The notes under the pieces: model-generated
Databases searched by the model: none
Told to the model about the DNA's origin: nothing
What the model saw: only the letters and a program-made list of their open reading frames with translations
Position numbers and translations under genes: made by a program
Assembly: GCA_015060065.1 (NCBI GenBank)
Contig: SUZF01000008.1
Coordinates: 19,316 to 83,315, forward strand
From: Rikenellaceae bacterium
GTDB taxonomy: Bacteria; Bacteroidota; Bacteroidia; Bacteroidales; Rikenellaceae
DNA: 64,000 nt
Direction: 5' to 3'
In this document: one piece after another, positions 38,583 to 48,528 of the stretch
Layout of the letters: every line of letters begins with the position of its first letter
How positions within the stretch are numbered: position 1 is the first letter of the stretch

Positions 38583-40001
38583 CTACTCCTTCATTGCATG
38601 ACGATAGCCGTCGATTTTATCCCACTCACCACGAGTGAAGTCGGGGAAGAGCACCGGCATCGAGCCATTCTCGATTGAGGCAGCGGAGAGTTCGCCTATA
38701 CACGACCACTCTGCGGCATCATACACATCTTGGTCGAGCGGCAGACCATGACGCAGGCAATAGACCAGACGGGCATCCATAATGAAATCCATACCGCCAT
38801 GTCCGCCCACGCGCTTCGCCTGCTCCATAAGTTCGATTTGTATGGGGTGGCGATACTTTTCGAGCAGCGCATCACGCACATCGTCGGGAACAAACTTGTG
38901 CGACGAGAGATTCTCGTGGTCGGGATTTCCGCTCACATCGGCAGCCTCGGCAAAGAGGAATCCCTTGACGGGATATTTATTGGCAAAGCCCTTGGTTCCG
39001 GTCAATTGATAGAGGCGATTGTAGGGTCGCGGGGTATAGACATTGTGCTGCAACGAGATGGTCTTACCCTGCTCGGTGGCAATAAGTGTGCAGGTGTGGT
39101 CGCCATTGGCAAATGTATCAACACCAAGGCTCTCCTTGGCGGTGTTCAAACCACACACCGACTTGGTATCCATCGACACCAGACGGGTCATGCGGTCGCC
39201 ACGATGAATGTCGAGCAGTTGGCAAACGGGACCGAGTCCGTGAGTAGCATAGACATCGCCACGATGTTGCTGATTATATTTCAGACGCCAATTGCCCTGA
39301 TACTCCTGCCAGAACTCGTCAAGATTATGGATGTAGGCTCCCTCGACGTGCAGAATCTCGCCAAACAGACCTTTTTGAGCCATATTGAGCGTTGTGAGTT
39401 CGAAGTGGTCATAGATGCAGTTTTCGAGCATCATACAGTGGCAACGTGTGCGCTCCGAGGTATCAACCAACTGCCAGCACTCCGCCACGGTCATTGCTGC
39501 CGGCACCTCGACAGCCACATGCTTGCCACACTCCATGGCATATACCGCCATCGGGGTATGCAATCGCCATGGGGTCACAAGATAGACCAAGTCGATATCG
39601 TCGCGCTGACACAACTCCTTCCAGCCATCCTCGCCCATATATGTTGCCTCCACAGGGACACGAGCGCAACCCAGCGATTCGAGCATCTGCTGTGTCTTTT
39701 CGATATTTTCGGGGATAAGGTCACACAGAGCCTTAACCTCGGCACCCTCAATCTGTGCAAAACGCTTAACCGCTCCCGGTCCGCGCATACCAAGACCCAC
39801 AAAACCTACACGAACAACGGGCATAGGCTCTGCGGCAAAGCCAAGCATCGACTGCTGACCTTCGGCACGTGCCGGCTCGTCAAAAACGATTTGATTATCG
39901 GTAATTTTGTAGGGTTTGTCGCCATCAAAACTGCACCCCGACAGCAACAGGGCGCATACTGCAACCATAAATGTTGCAATGTTCAGAAAGTTTCGTTTCA
40001 T
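38583..40001 (-). CDS. GH109 family NAD-dependent alpha-N-acetylgalactosaminidase, lipoprotein
   Basis: Lipobox LSG-C; VGLGMRG, VTPWRLH, VEVPAA, MMLENC, YATHGLGP, GGHGGMDF, DVYDAAEWS. Confidence 0.88.
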   Translation of the reverse strand: MKRNFLNIATFMVAVCALLLSGCSFDGDKPYKITDNQIVFDEPARAEGQQSMLGFAAEPMPVVRVGFVGLGMRGPGAVKRFAQIEGAEVKALCDLIPENIEKTQQMLESLGCARVPVEATYMGEDGWKELCQRDDIDLVYLVTPWRLHTPMAVYAMECGKHVAVEVPAAMTVAECWQLVDTSERTRCHCMMLENCIYDHFELTTLNMAQKGLFGEILHVEGAYIHNLDEFWQEYQGNWRLKYNQQHRGDVYATHGLGPVCQLLDIHRGDRMTRLVSMDTKSVCGLNTAKESLGVDTFANGDHTCTLIATEQGKTISLQHNVYTPRPYNRLYQLTGTKGFANKYPVKGFLFAEAADVSGNPDHENLSSHKFVPDDVRDALLEKYRHPIQIELMEQAKRVGGHGGMDFIMDARLVYCLRHGLPLDQDVYDAAEWSCIGELSAASIENGSMPVLFPDFTRGEWDKIDGYRHAMKE

Positions 40002-40185
40002 ATCTTTTTTGGTTGGTTTTTCTCTATACAAAAGTACTATTTTTTTCGTTTATCACCAAAATACGGTTCGGATTGTTAATAAAATATCGAAAAAGAGTTG
40101 CACCTCAACGGATAGCGACTCTTTATTAGCACTATATTTGCATCCGAGAAACAGAACTTTTTTCAAAAACAGACCAACAGTTATT

Positions 40186-40491
40186 ATGGCAGAGATGAAA
40201 CAGGTCGGCATCGACCTCGAACTCGATGAGGCTACGGCACAGGGACACTACTCCAATCTGGCTATCATTTCGCACTCGGCCTCGGAGTTCGTCATAGACT
40301 TTGCGGCGATGCTTCCGGGCGTACCGAAGGCAAAGGTAAAGAGCCGCATTATATTGACCCCCGAACACGCGAAACGACTTCTGCTATCGTTGCAGGACAA
40401 CATTACGCGCTACGAAAGCAATATGGGCCAAATCAAATTCCGCCAGCCGGAGCAGACTAACGGCAACTTCAACAAGATAGGCGAGGCGTAA
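40186..40491 (+). CDS. DUF3467 family protein
   Basis: GHYSNLAIISHS.SEFVIDF...PG..KAKVKSRIILTPEHAKRLL..L; -7 box 40133-40140. Confidence 0.9.
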   Translation: MAEMKQVGIDLELDEATAQGHYSNLAIISHSASEFVIDFAAMLPGVPKAKVKSRIILTPEHAKRLLLSLQDNITRYESNMGQIKFRQPEQTNGNFNKIGEA

Positions 40492-40548
40492 CAGAACAGC
40501 CCCGACCAATTCGGTCGGCAGACTATACAGACTCACTCGGTAAAGGTC

Positions 40549-42294
40549 TTATTTCTTGCGAAAGAAATAGGACTTTTGTCGTTTTTTATCATCCTGATTG
40601 CGGGCAACATACAGACGCTCGCCCGTGTAGGGGTTCTCGCCCGTGTAGAACATCACCGACGAGAGGGTCATCGGTGTCGGCGTGAGGTCCTGCACCTGTT
40701 CGAGATTGAAGTGCAACCTGCCCAACACCTTCTGCGACAACGCCCTCATATCCTGCTCGGTACAACCGGGATGCGACGATATAAAGTAAGGAATAAGTTG
40801 GAAGTTAAGACCCTCGCGACGACAAATCGAGCGGAAATCCTCATTCAACTTCTCAAAGAGCCCAAACGAGGGCTTGCGCATCAGTTTTAAGACCTTATCC
40901 TCGGTATGCTCCGGAGCAACCTTCAAACGACCCGACGTGTGGTGCTTTACAACCGTTTCGAGGTACTTCCCTCCATCAAAAAGGTCATATCGGATACCGC
41001 TGCCGACAAATGCCTTCTTTACCCCCTTCACGGCACGAATCTTCTCGTAGAGAGCAAGTAGTGGGCGGTGGTCATTATCGAGATTGGGACACATCTTGGG
41101 GTGCAGGCACGACGGTCGGCGACACTTGGCGCAGAGCGAGCGGTCGTGACCTCTCATTCGATACATATTTGCCGATGGCGCACCGACATCCGACAGATAA
41201 CCTCGGAAGTCTGGCATTCGGGTAATCGCCTCCACCTCGCGCAAAATCGACTTTTCGCTACGCGAGGTTATAAACTTGCCCTGATGGGCAGATATGGTAC
41301 AGAACGAACAGCCACCGAAGCAGCCTCGATGAATATTTACCGAGTGTTTTATCATCTCCCACGCAGGGATATCACCCTTACCTCGATATCGCGGATGTGG
41401 CGCACGCTCGTAAGGAAGGTCAAACGAGTGGTCCAACTCCTCGGTCGTAATATCGGTATTTGGAGGATTGATTACGACATATCTGTCGCCCACACGCTCG
41501 ACAAGCGCGGCCGTCGGTTCGAGCAGGTTACTCTGCACCTCCTCGGTGACGAAATTTTCGCCAAAAGCCTTGGGATTACGTGCGCACTCCTCGAAAGAGT
41601 GCAACTCGATTTTATCCTCGATGCGCTCGACATAATCGCGGTCGGCAATGAAGCCCACCTGTCGGATTTTGCGGAGCAGTTTGGCGTTATAGCCATTGCG
41701 CATAGCCTTTGCCACCTCGCAGACCACCCGCTCGCCCATACCATACATCAGCAGGTCGGCACCACTCTCGGCAAGAATGGAGCGATGGAGCGAGTTGCTC
41801 CAATAGTCATAATGAGTAAGTCGTCGCAGAGAGGCCTCGATACCTCCGATAACAACCGGAATATGAGGATATAACTTTTTGAGTATCTGCGTATAGACCG
41901 TAACCGCTCGGTCGGGGCGAAATCCCGCCTTGCCACCTGCTGTATAGGCATCATTGCTTCGCAAGCGCAGGTTGGCAGTGTAGTGATTGACCATCGAGTC
42001 CATCGCTCCTGCCGTAACGCCAAAGAAGAGGCGAGGTGCGCCAAGTTTCGTGAAGTCGCGCAGGTCATCACGCCAGTTTGGCTGTGGGACTATCGCCACA
42101 CGCAACCCCTCCGCTTCGAGCAGACGACCCACGACCGCAGCCCCGAATGAGGGGTGGTCGATGTAGGCATCTCCCGTGAAGAGAATCACATCGAGCGAAT
42201 CCCAACCCAGAGCGCGTACCTCTTTTATGGTTGTTGGCAGAAACAAATTTTTGTCTATGTTGGTTCGGTTTCCAATCTCGGTCACAAAGACCAA
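40549..42294 (-). CDS. ygiQ: YgiQ family radical SAM protein
   Basis: GDAYIDHPSFG, HRGCFGGCSFC, SGIRYD, LKVAPEH, YFISSHPG, QVQDLTPTPMT. Confidence 0.92.
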   Translation of the reverse strand: MVFVTEIGNRTNIDKNLFLPTTIKEVRALGWDSLDVILFTGDAYIDHPSFGAAVVGRLLEAEGLRVAIVPQPNWRDDLRDFTKLGAPRLFFGVTAGAMDSMVNHYTANLRLRSNDAYTAGGKAGFRPDRAVTVYTQILKKLYPHIPVVIGGIEASLRRLTHYDYWSNSLHRSILAESGADLLMYGMGERVVCEVAKAMRNGYNAKLLRKIRQVGFIADRDYVERIEDKIELHSFEECARNPKAFGENFVTEEVQSNLLEPTAALVERVGDRYVVINPPNTDITTEELDHSFDLPYERAPHPRYRGKGDIPAWEMIKHSVNIHRGCFGGCSFCTISAHQGKFITSRSEKSILREVEAITRMPDFRGYLSDVGAPSANMYRMRGHDRSLCAKCRRPSCLHPKMCPNLDNDHRPLLALYEKIRAVKGVKKAFVGSGIRYDLFDGGKYLETVVKHHTSGRLKVAPEHTEDKVLKLMRKPSFGLFEKLNEDFRSICRREGLNFQLIPYFISSHPGCTEQDMRALSQKVLGRLHFNLEQVQDLTPTPMTLSSVMFYTGENPYTGERLYVARNQDDKKRQKSYFFRKK

Positions 42295-42297
42295 ACA

Positions 42298-43224
42298 CTA
42301 CCTCAACACAACCTCGGTGCTACCCATCATATAGCCACCGCTGTACAACTGAACCTTGTAGGTACCTGCGGCAAAACCGCTGCCATTGTAGAAGATGCTG
42401 ACATCAAGGTCTTCGTTCTGATAATCGACCTCTCGCGAAGCCGAGTAACTCAACTTACCTCCTTCGAACTCAAACGACGGGGTCTGCTCGGTCGAGAGGA
42501 TATAGCCGTCAGGCGAAGTTATACGGACATAGATTTCGCGGTTACCCGGAGTTGCCAACTCGTTTGAGTTGAGCGTAAAATCGACACGCAGGGTCGTTGC
42601 TGTGCGCACGCGGCTCACCGGCTTACCCTTGGAACTCAACGCAATAAGCGTAATATCTCTTGCACGGAGAATTGCACCCTGCTGTACCTTGTTTTTAAGT
42701 TCCGAAGCCTTCTCTTCGGCGCGCTCGGCACGCAGATTTGCTGACGAAATCTCCTTACGATACGAGACATTCTCGTTTATCAGCTTTTTGTTGAGGTTGT
42801 TGAGCGAGTCGATTTGTCGCAAGTAACGCTTCATTACGGTACGTAGCGTTCCGACCTCCTTCTCGTAAGCACGCAGACGATTGTAGTTGAGGCGACGCTC
42901 ATATTTGAGTTGCTCTACAAGTTCGTTTGCCTCGACCAGACGTGCCGAGATGGTGTCGTTCTGATATTGAAGGCTGTCATACTCCGAAATCAGGCTCGTA
43001 AGGTCGTTCTTAATCGAGTCGCGCACCACCTCCAACTCGCGATATTCGAGCTGTTGGCGACGGTTGATATTGTAGTAAAGCACCGATATTGCCGCCAGAA
43101 TAACAGCCAAAATTGCAATCACGATTTTGTAACCGCGCAGCGACTTGTTCACATCGGTCCGATAGTAATAATCCTCTTCGTCGTTCTCCTCTTCGGGAGC
43201 GTATCCTTTGGTATTCTCTTCCAT
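42298..43224 (-). CDS. Conserved membrane-anchored coiled-coil protein with C-terminal beta-sandwich
   Basis: Single TM after acidic N-terminus, long heptad region, C-terminal GTYKVQLY; -7 box 43245-43252. Confidence 0.65.
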   Translation of the reverse strand: MEENTKGYAPEEENDEEDYYYRTDVNKSLRGYKIVIAILAVILAAISVLYYNINRRQQLEYRELEVVRDSIKNDLTSLISEYDSLQYQNDTISARLVEANELVEQLKYERRLNYNRLRAYEKEVGTLRTVMKRYLRQIDSLNNLNKKLINENVSYRKEISSANLRAERAEEKASELKNKVQQGAILRARDITLIALSSKGKPVSRVRTATTLRVDFTLNSNELATPGNREIYVRITSPDGYILSTEQTPSFEFEGGKLSYSASREVDYQNEDLDVSIFYNGSGFAAGTYKVQLYSGGYMMGSTEVVLR

Positions 43225-43288
43225 AGTGTTGTATTATATTTCTGCAAAGATAGTGTTTTTTATGCAATTATACCACCCGCAACCCAAA

Positions 43289-44092
43289 TCAACGCTTCAC
43301 GCGGCTGTCGAGCGGGTATTTCAGACCCGTACATTTCGATATATATGCACAGATGCTGCCGATACGTATGGGCGATTCGAGATATACAGGGAATTTATTA
43401 TCGTCATCGGTAATCCATATCGAGAACTCCGTGCCATCCGTAAATGAAAAGCCGTCAGAGGTGCCTATCTGGCACTTGAATTTGAGTGTGCGGAACTTTC
43501 CCATCTTCGGGATGCGCTTTATCTCGCGACCGATAAATCTAAATTCGAGATAACGCACCGTATCCTCCAAGATCATCTCCAAACGTCGCGATTCGCCCTC
43601 TCGGAACGAGGTGGAGGCTTCACTGCGCAGGTTAAAGTAGAGCGATACCGGGTCCATACCCTGCTCGGAAATCTGCATTGTCTTGCGCTGTTCCGGAAGT
43701 TGTTTCTTCTGCCAACGGGTATTGACAACACCATTTGCTCTGTCGTAGCGATATTCGCTGCGGAAGGTGTAGGAGCCTTCACGTATATCGCTGGCAAAAC
43801 GCGTTGTACGATTGTCGAGCGTATCTGCCCAGATGTAGTAACTGTCATCGACCGTAAAAAACCAGCGATAAGCCGGCATCGTCACTCCGCGACCATGCAC
43901 CTTGTAGTGCGGTCTGCCATCAAGCGTATCGAGCGTAGTGCGCACATCAACCGTGGCAACCTCCGTGTTCGGAAAGAGTTTTGCCTTGTAACTTACGCGA
44001 TACGACAACACCTCCCCCGGCTGGTAGAGTTGTGCCGAAGCGGTCATCGATGCCGTCAAAGCAAATATTATTACCCACAAAAATCGCTTCAT
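43289..44092 (-). CDS. DUF3108-domain secreted protein
   Basis: Signal peptide; GEVLSYRVSY, DPVSLYF.LR, WITDDDNKFPV..ESPIRIGS. Confidence 0.75.
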   Translation of the reverse strand: MKRFLWVIIFALTASMTASAQLYQPGEVLSYRVSYKAKLFPNTEVATVDVRTTLDTLDGRPHYKVHGRGVTMPAYRWFFTVDDSYYIWADTLDNRTTRFASDIREGSYTFRSEYRYDRANGVVNTRWQKKQLPEQRKTMQISEQGMDPVSLYFNLRSEASTSFREGESRRLEMILEDTVRYLEFRFIGREIKRIPKMGKFRTLKFKCQIGTSDGFSFTDGTEFSIWITDDDNKFPVYLESPIRIGSICAYISKCTGLKYPLDSRVKR

Positions 44093-44144
44093 ACTATTCA
44101 AACGCCCGACGCGATCCATTTATTACAATTTTATCGCACCTCTG

Positions 44145-46256
44145 TTACGAAATCATCGAAAAATCCATCTTCTCCTCGGCTGCATATCGCAGTTTCAGTT
44201 GCAACAACCCTTGGTTTTCGGGCTTCGCAAGGTTGGCATCATCGGCAAGCAGGGCTATGGCTGCGGTCTGCGTCACTTGCAGAATCTGCGTATCGAGTGT
44301 CGGATTGGCAATCTTCAAATCAAAAGCCGCGCCACTCTGCATCGTGCCATTGATATCGCCCGCACCGCGCAATTTAAGGTCGAGTTCCGCGAGTCGGAAT
44401 CCGTCATTGGTCTCGCACATAGCCTCCAAGCGTTGGCGAGCCTCCTTCGAGAGTTTTTCGCCTGACATCAAGATACAGTAGGATTGCTCGCCACCACGAC
44501 CCACACGACCTCGCAACTGGTGCAACTGCGAGAGTCCGAATCGCTCTGCCGACTCGATAACCATAACCGTCGCATTCGGCACATCGACACCCACTTCGAT
44601 TACCGAAGTGGCGACCATAATATCCGCCTCGCCCGCCTTGAATTGGCGCATCGACTCCTCCTTATCCTCCGGTTTCTGCTTACCATGACACACCGCCACG
44701 CGATACTCCGGTAACGGAAAATCGCGCGAAATCGACTCGAATCCGTCGGTCAAATCCTTATAATCCATCGTCTCGGACTCCTTAATCAGCGGATATACCA
44801 CATACACCTGTCGCCCCTTGGCTATCTCCTGACGCATAAAACCGAAGAGTCGCAGACGTGCCGAGTCGTAGTAATGAACGGTACGAATAGGTTGGCGATT
44901 GGGTGGCAACTCATCAATAATCGACACATCTAAATCGCCATAGAGAGTCATTGCCAGTGTGCGAGGTATAGGCGTTGCGGTCATCACAAGGATATGTGGC
45001 GGCTGCGAGTTTTTTGTCCACATCTTCGCCCTCTGCTCCACACCGAAGCGATGCTGTTCGTCGATAACCACAAAGCCGAGATTTTCAAACTTCACACGCT
45101 CCTCAATCAGAGCGTGGGTGCCGATAAGAATCTTTACCGAGCCGTCGGCAATACCTTCGAGGGCTGCACGTCGCTCGCGGGCTTTCGACGAGCCGGTAAG
45201 TATGGCAACACGCACCCCGCAACCCTCCAACATTCGCGAAATGGTCGCAAAGTGTTGGCGAGCGAGAATCTCGGTCGGCGCCATCATACAAGCCTGATAG
45301 TCGTTATCGACCGCCAGCAACATCGTGAGCAGAGCCACCACGGTCTTGCCGCTACCCACATCGCCCTGCAACAAGCGATTCATCTGATACCCCGACACCA
45401 TATCGCCACGAATCTCCTTAATCACGCGCTTCTGTGCGCCCGTGAGGGGGAATGGCAACCTGCCATACAGCCCATTAAACGCCTCGCCAACCTTCGGAAA
45501 GAGGAATCCGTTACGACGACTTATACGGTCGGTGCGTTGCGTTTGGATGTTTAGTTGTATGCCGAGCAACTCCTCGAATTTCAGACGATATTGTGCCTGC
45601 CGCAACGCTTCGGGCGATTGCGGAAAATGTATGTTGTAGAGAGCCTCCCGCAGAGGTATAAGCCCATACTGCCGCATCAGTGCAGGGGGCATTGTTTCGG
45701 CAATATGCTCCTTGGCAACAGCCCACAGATTGCAGATGATGTTGTAAAATCCTTTGGCACCAAGTGACGAGGAGAGACGCTCGGTTGTGGAGTAGATTCC
45801 CTGCATACCGCTCTCGTTCTTACGCGAGAGAGCCTTCTCGACGCTCTCAATCTCCGGATGCACAATCGACAGTTCGCCACGAAAGAAGGTGGGTTTTCCG
45901 AAGATAAGATACTCGCGCCCCACCTCGATACGCTTCTCTATCCAATTGACACCCTGAAACCAGATAAGTTCTGCCGAGCCGGTCAAGTCCGAGACATAGA
46001 CCGAAAATCTGCGCTTACGCCCAGCACCGGCATAACTCACGCCCGTAACTCTGGCGCGAAATTGAACGTATGCCAACCCGGCCGCCTCCGAAATCTCCCC
46101 GATTTGGTAGATTTTTGTGCGGTCGATATATCGGAACGGGAAGTGGTAGAGCATATCGCGCATAGAGCGGATACCCAACTCCTTTTCGAGAAGTTTGGCA
46201 CGCACTTCGCCCACTCCGGCGATATACTTCAATCCATTATCGAGATAATCTGCCAT
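44145..46256 (-). CDS. recG: ATP-dependent DNA helicase RecG
   Basis: RLLQGDVGSGKT, MAPTEILARQH, IDEQHRFGV, MTATPIPRTL, QLHQLRGRVGRG, DLKLRGAG. Confidence 0.97.
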   Translation of the reverse strand: MADYLDNGLKYIAGVGEVRAKLLEKELGIRSMRDMLYHFPFRYIDRTKIYQIGEISEAAGLAYVQFRARVTGVSYAGAGRKRRFSVYVSDLTGSAELIWFQGVNWIEKRIEVGREYLIFGKPTFFRGELSIVHPEIESVEKALSRKNESGMQGIYSTTERLSSSLGAKGFYNIICNLWAVAKEHIAETMPPALMRQYGLIPLREALYNIHFPQSPEALRQAQYRLKFEELLGIQLNIQTQRTDRISRRNGFLFPKVGEAFNGLYGRLPFPLTGAQKRVIKEIRGDMVSGYQMNRLLQGDVGSGKTVVALLTMLLAVDNDYQACMMAPTEILARQHFATISRMLEGCGVRVAILTGSSKARERRAALEGIADGSVKILIGTHALIEERVKFENLGFVVIDEQHRFGVEQRAKMWTKNSQPPHILVMTATPIPRTLAMTLYGDLDVSIIDELPPNRQPIRTVHYYDSARLRLFGFMRQEIAKGRQVYVVYPLIKESETMDYKDLTDGFESISRDFPLPEYRVAVCHGKQKPEDKEESMRQFKAGEADIMVATSVIEVGVDVPNATVMVIESAERFGLSQLHQLRGRVGRGGEQSYCILMSGEKLSKEARQRLEAMCETNDGFRLAELDLKLRGAGDINGTMQSGAAFDLKIANPTLDTQILQVTQTAAIALLADDANLAKPENQGLLQLKLRYAAEEKMDFSMIS

Positions 46257-46283
46257 ATCTCCTACAAAAGTAAGAAATTTCGC

Positions 46284-46308
46284 AATTCACAATTCACAAT
46301 TCACAATT
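46284..46308. repeat. Solo heptamer tract (AATTCAC)x3.5
   Basis: Direct reading, in recG/ispG divergent spacer. Confidence 0.8.
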
Positions 46309-46387
46309 ATTTTTTGCAAAACTTGTCCCACTGACGAGAATTCTCAATTATTTTCCATTTTTAAGTTCGTTTTACTATCTTTGTAGT

Positions 46388-47878
46388 ATGAATTTAAGCA
46401 AGTACATACGTCGAGAGAGTTGCGAGGTGCAGATTGGCGATGTCTGCATCGGTGGCAACAACCCCGTGGCGGTGCAGTCGATGACCAACACGGCAACTGC
46501 CGACACCGCATCAAGTGTTGCGCAAATCAAACGCATAGCAGATGCAGGTGCGCCGATAGTACGCCTCACGGCACAAGGTCGCAAGGAGGGCGAAAACCTC
46601 GAAAACATCATGCGAGAACTGCGTGCCGATGGCTATCGCACGGCTCTGGTGGCAGATATTCACTTTGTCCCCGAAGTGGCAACCATTGCTGCTCGATATG
46701 TCGATAAGGTGCGTATTAACCCCGGCAACTACCGCACCTCAAATGGCGAGTTGGAGGCTCTCATAGAGCAGTGTCGCGAGCGAGGTGTTGCCCTGCGCAT
46801 CGGTGTCAATCACGGCTCTCTTGCAAAGCATATTTTCGACGAGTGGGGCGACACGCCACAAGGTATGGTCGCCTCGGCAATGGAGTTTTTGAGGGTCTGC
46901 CACGAGCGAGACTTCTCGCAGGTTGTGGTCTCGATGAAGTCGAGCAACACGCGCGTAATGGTCTATGCCTATCGTCTGCTGGTCGAGGCTATGGAGCGTG
47001 AGGGCATGAACTACCCCATTCATCTTGGCGTTACCGAGGCGGGCAACGGCATCGAGGGTCGCATTAAGAGTGCCGTGGGTATCGGTGCGTTGATGGCTGA
47101 CGGCATTGGCGACACCATTCGCGTATCGCTCACCGAAGCGCCCGAAGCGGAGGTGCCTGTGGCGAAGATGCTGGTCGATTACTTTGCATCTCGCGAGGGC
47201 GAGTTTGAGATTGCAGATGCTTCGGCATACTCTCCCACCGAGTATCGACGTCGTAGCGCGGTGCAGATACCGGTTGTAAGGAACGAGATTACCCCCGAAT
47301 TTGCGGTTGTGGAGTCGGTGTCGGCAAATCCGACAGCCGAACTTCGTGCTGCCATTCTCAATATGGCAACCGAGCGCCCGATAGCCGTAACCCGTCGATA
47401 TGATGACCTCACACTCGAAGAGGTTGCCGTCAAGGCTGCGGCAGACTTGGGTGTGCTTTTCATTGACGGCTTGGCTGATGGTCTGCGCATCGAGGCTCCG
47501 CAGTTTGCAGACGAGGCCCTGCGCGAGGTAGAGTTAGCAATCTTGCAGGCGGCTCGTGTGCGCTTTTCACATACCGAGTATATCGCCTGTCCGAGTTGTG
47601 GTCGCACCCTCTACGATATCGAGACCACCCTTGCACAAATCAAGGCAAAGACCTCGCACTTGAAAAATCTCAAAATCGGTATTATGGGCTGCATCGTAAA
47701 TGGTCCGGGCGAGATGGCAGATGCCGACTACGGATATGTCGGGGCGGCTCCGGGACGCATTACTCTCTACCGCGGGCGCGAGATTGTAGAGCGCAACATT
47801 CCGCAGGAGGAGGCTATCGACCACCTTATCGCTCTGATTAAGTCCGATGGAAATTGGGTGGAGCCGGAAGGAAATTAA
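46388..47878 (+). CDS. ispG: 4-hydroxy-3-methylbut-2-en-1-yl diphosphate synthase
   Basis: VAVQSMTNT, ADIHF, RINPGN, RIGVNHGSL, HLGVTEAG, GDTIRVSL, CPSCGR, MGCIVNGPGE; -7 box 46376-46383. Confidence 0.96.
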   Translation: MNLSKYIRRESCEVQIGDVCIGGNNPVAVQSMTNTATADTASSVAQIKRIADAGAPIVRLTAQGRKEGENLENIMRELRADGYRTALVADIHFVPEVATIAARYVDKVRINPGNYRTSNGELEALIEQCRERGVALRIGVNHGSLAKHIFDEWGDTPQGMVASAMEFLRVCHERDFSQVVVSMKSSNTRVMVYAYRLLVEAMEREGMNYPIHLGVTEAGNGIEGRIKSAVGIGALMADGIGDTIRVSLTEAPEAEVPVAKMLVDYFASREGEFEIADASAYSPTEYRRRSAVQIPVVRNEITPEFAVVESVSANPTAELRAAILNMATERPIAVTRRYDDLTLEEVAVKAAADLGVLFIDGLADGLRIEAPQFADEALREVELAILQAARVRFSHTEYIACPSCGRTLYDIETTLAQIKAKTSHLKNLKIGIMGCIVNGPGEMADADYGYVGAAPGRITLYRGREIVERNIPQEEAIDHLIALIKSDGNWVEPEGN

Positions 47879-47922
47879 CAAGACCTTACAACGCTCACGC
47901 CAAATATCAATTATCAATTCAA

Positions 47923-48528
47923 ATGGTTGTTCTACCATCGACATACCTCGGCTCGATTGAGTATTTTGCCAACCTCGCACAGCGGGGCGGAGAGTGTGTA
48001 GTGGATATTCACGAACACTACATCAAACGCTCCGAGCGCAATCGTGCGCAGATAATGACCGCAAACGGGATTATGCCTCTGTCGGTACATGTTGTCAATG
48101 CCAACCGCCCCCGAACACCGATGCACAAAGTGCGAATCGACTACTCGAAGCGTTGGCAACACCAACATTGGGTTGCTATCGTGTCGGCATACCGCTCATC
48201 GCCATACTTTGAACACTATGCACCCCTGATAGAGCCATTCTACTCGGCTCACTACGACTCGTTGGTCGAGTTTAACACAGCCCTAACCTCGCGACTGATG
48301 CAGTTGTTGGGTATCGAGGGGGGATTGCACCTATCGGAGGAGTATGTCGAGGCGGCTGCGGGAGATATCGACCTGCGCATAAAAAAGAGGGAGAGTCACT
48401 TCGACTCCCCCCACTATTTCCAACTCTTTTCGGACAGATTCCCCTTTGAGCCAAACCTCTCGGTCTTGGATTTGCTCTTCTCGGAGGGACCTGCCGCTAT
48501 CGACTTTTTAAGACGTTGCCGATTGTAA
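47923..48528 (+). CDS. WbqC family protein
   Basis: LPSTYLGSIEYF, RNRAQI, AYRSSPYFEHY, YFQLFSDRFPFEPNLSVLDLLF. Confidence 0.85.
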   Translation: MVVLPSTYLGSIEYFANLAQRGGECVVDIHEHYIKRSERNRAQIMTANGIMPLSVHVVNANRPRTPMHKVRIDYSKRWQHQHWVAIVSAYRSSPYFEHYAPLIEPFYSAHYDSLVEFNTALTSRLMQLLGIEGGLHLSEEYVEAAAGDIDLRIKKRESHFDSPHYFQLFSDRFPFEPNLSVLDLLFSEGPAAIDFLRRCRL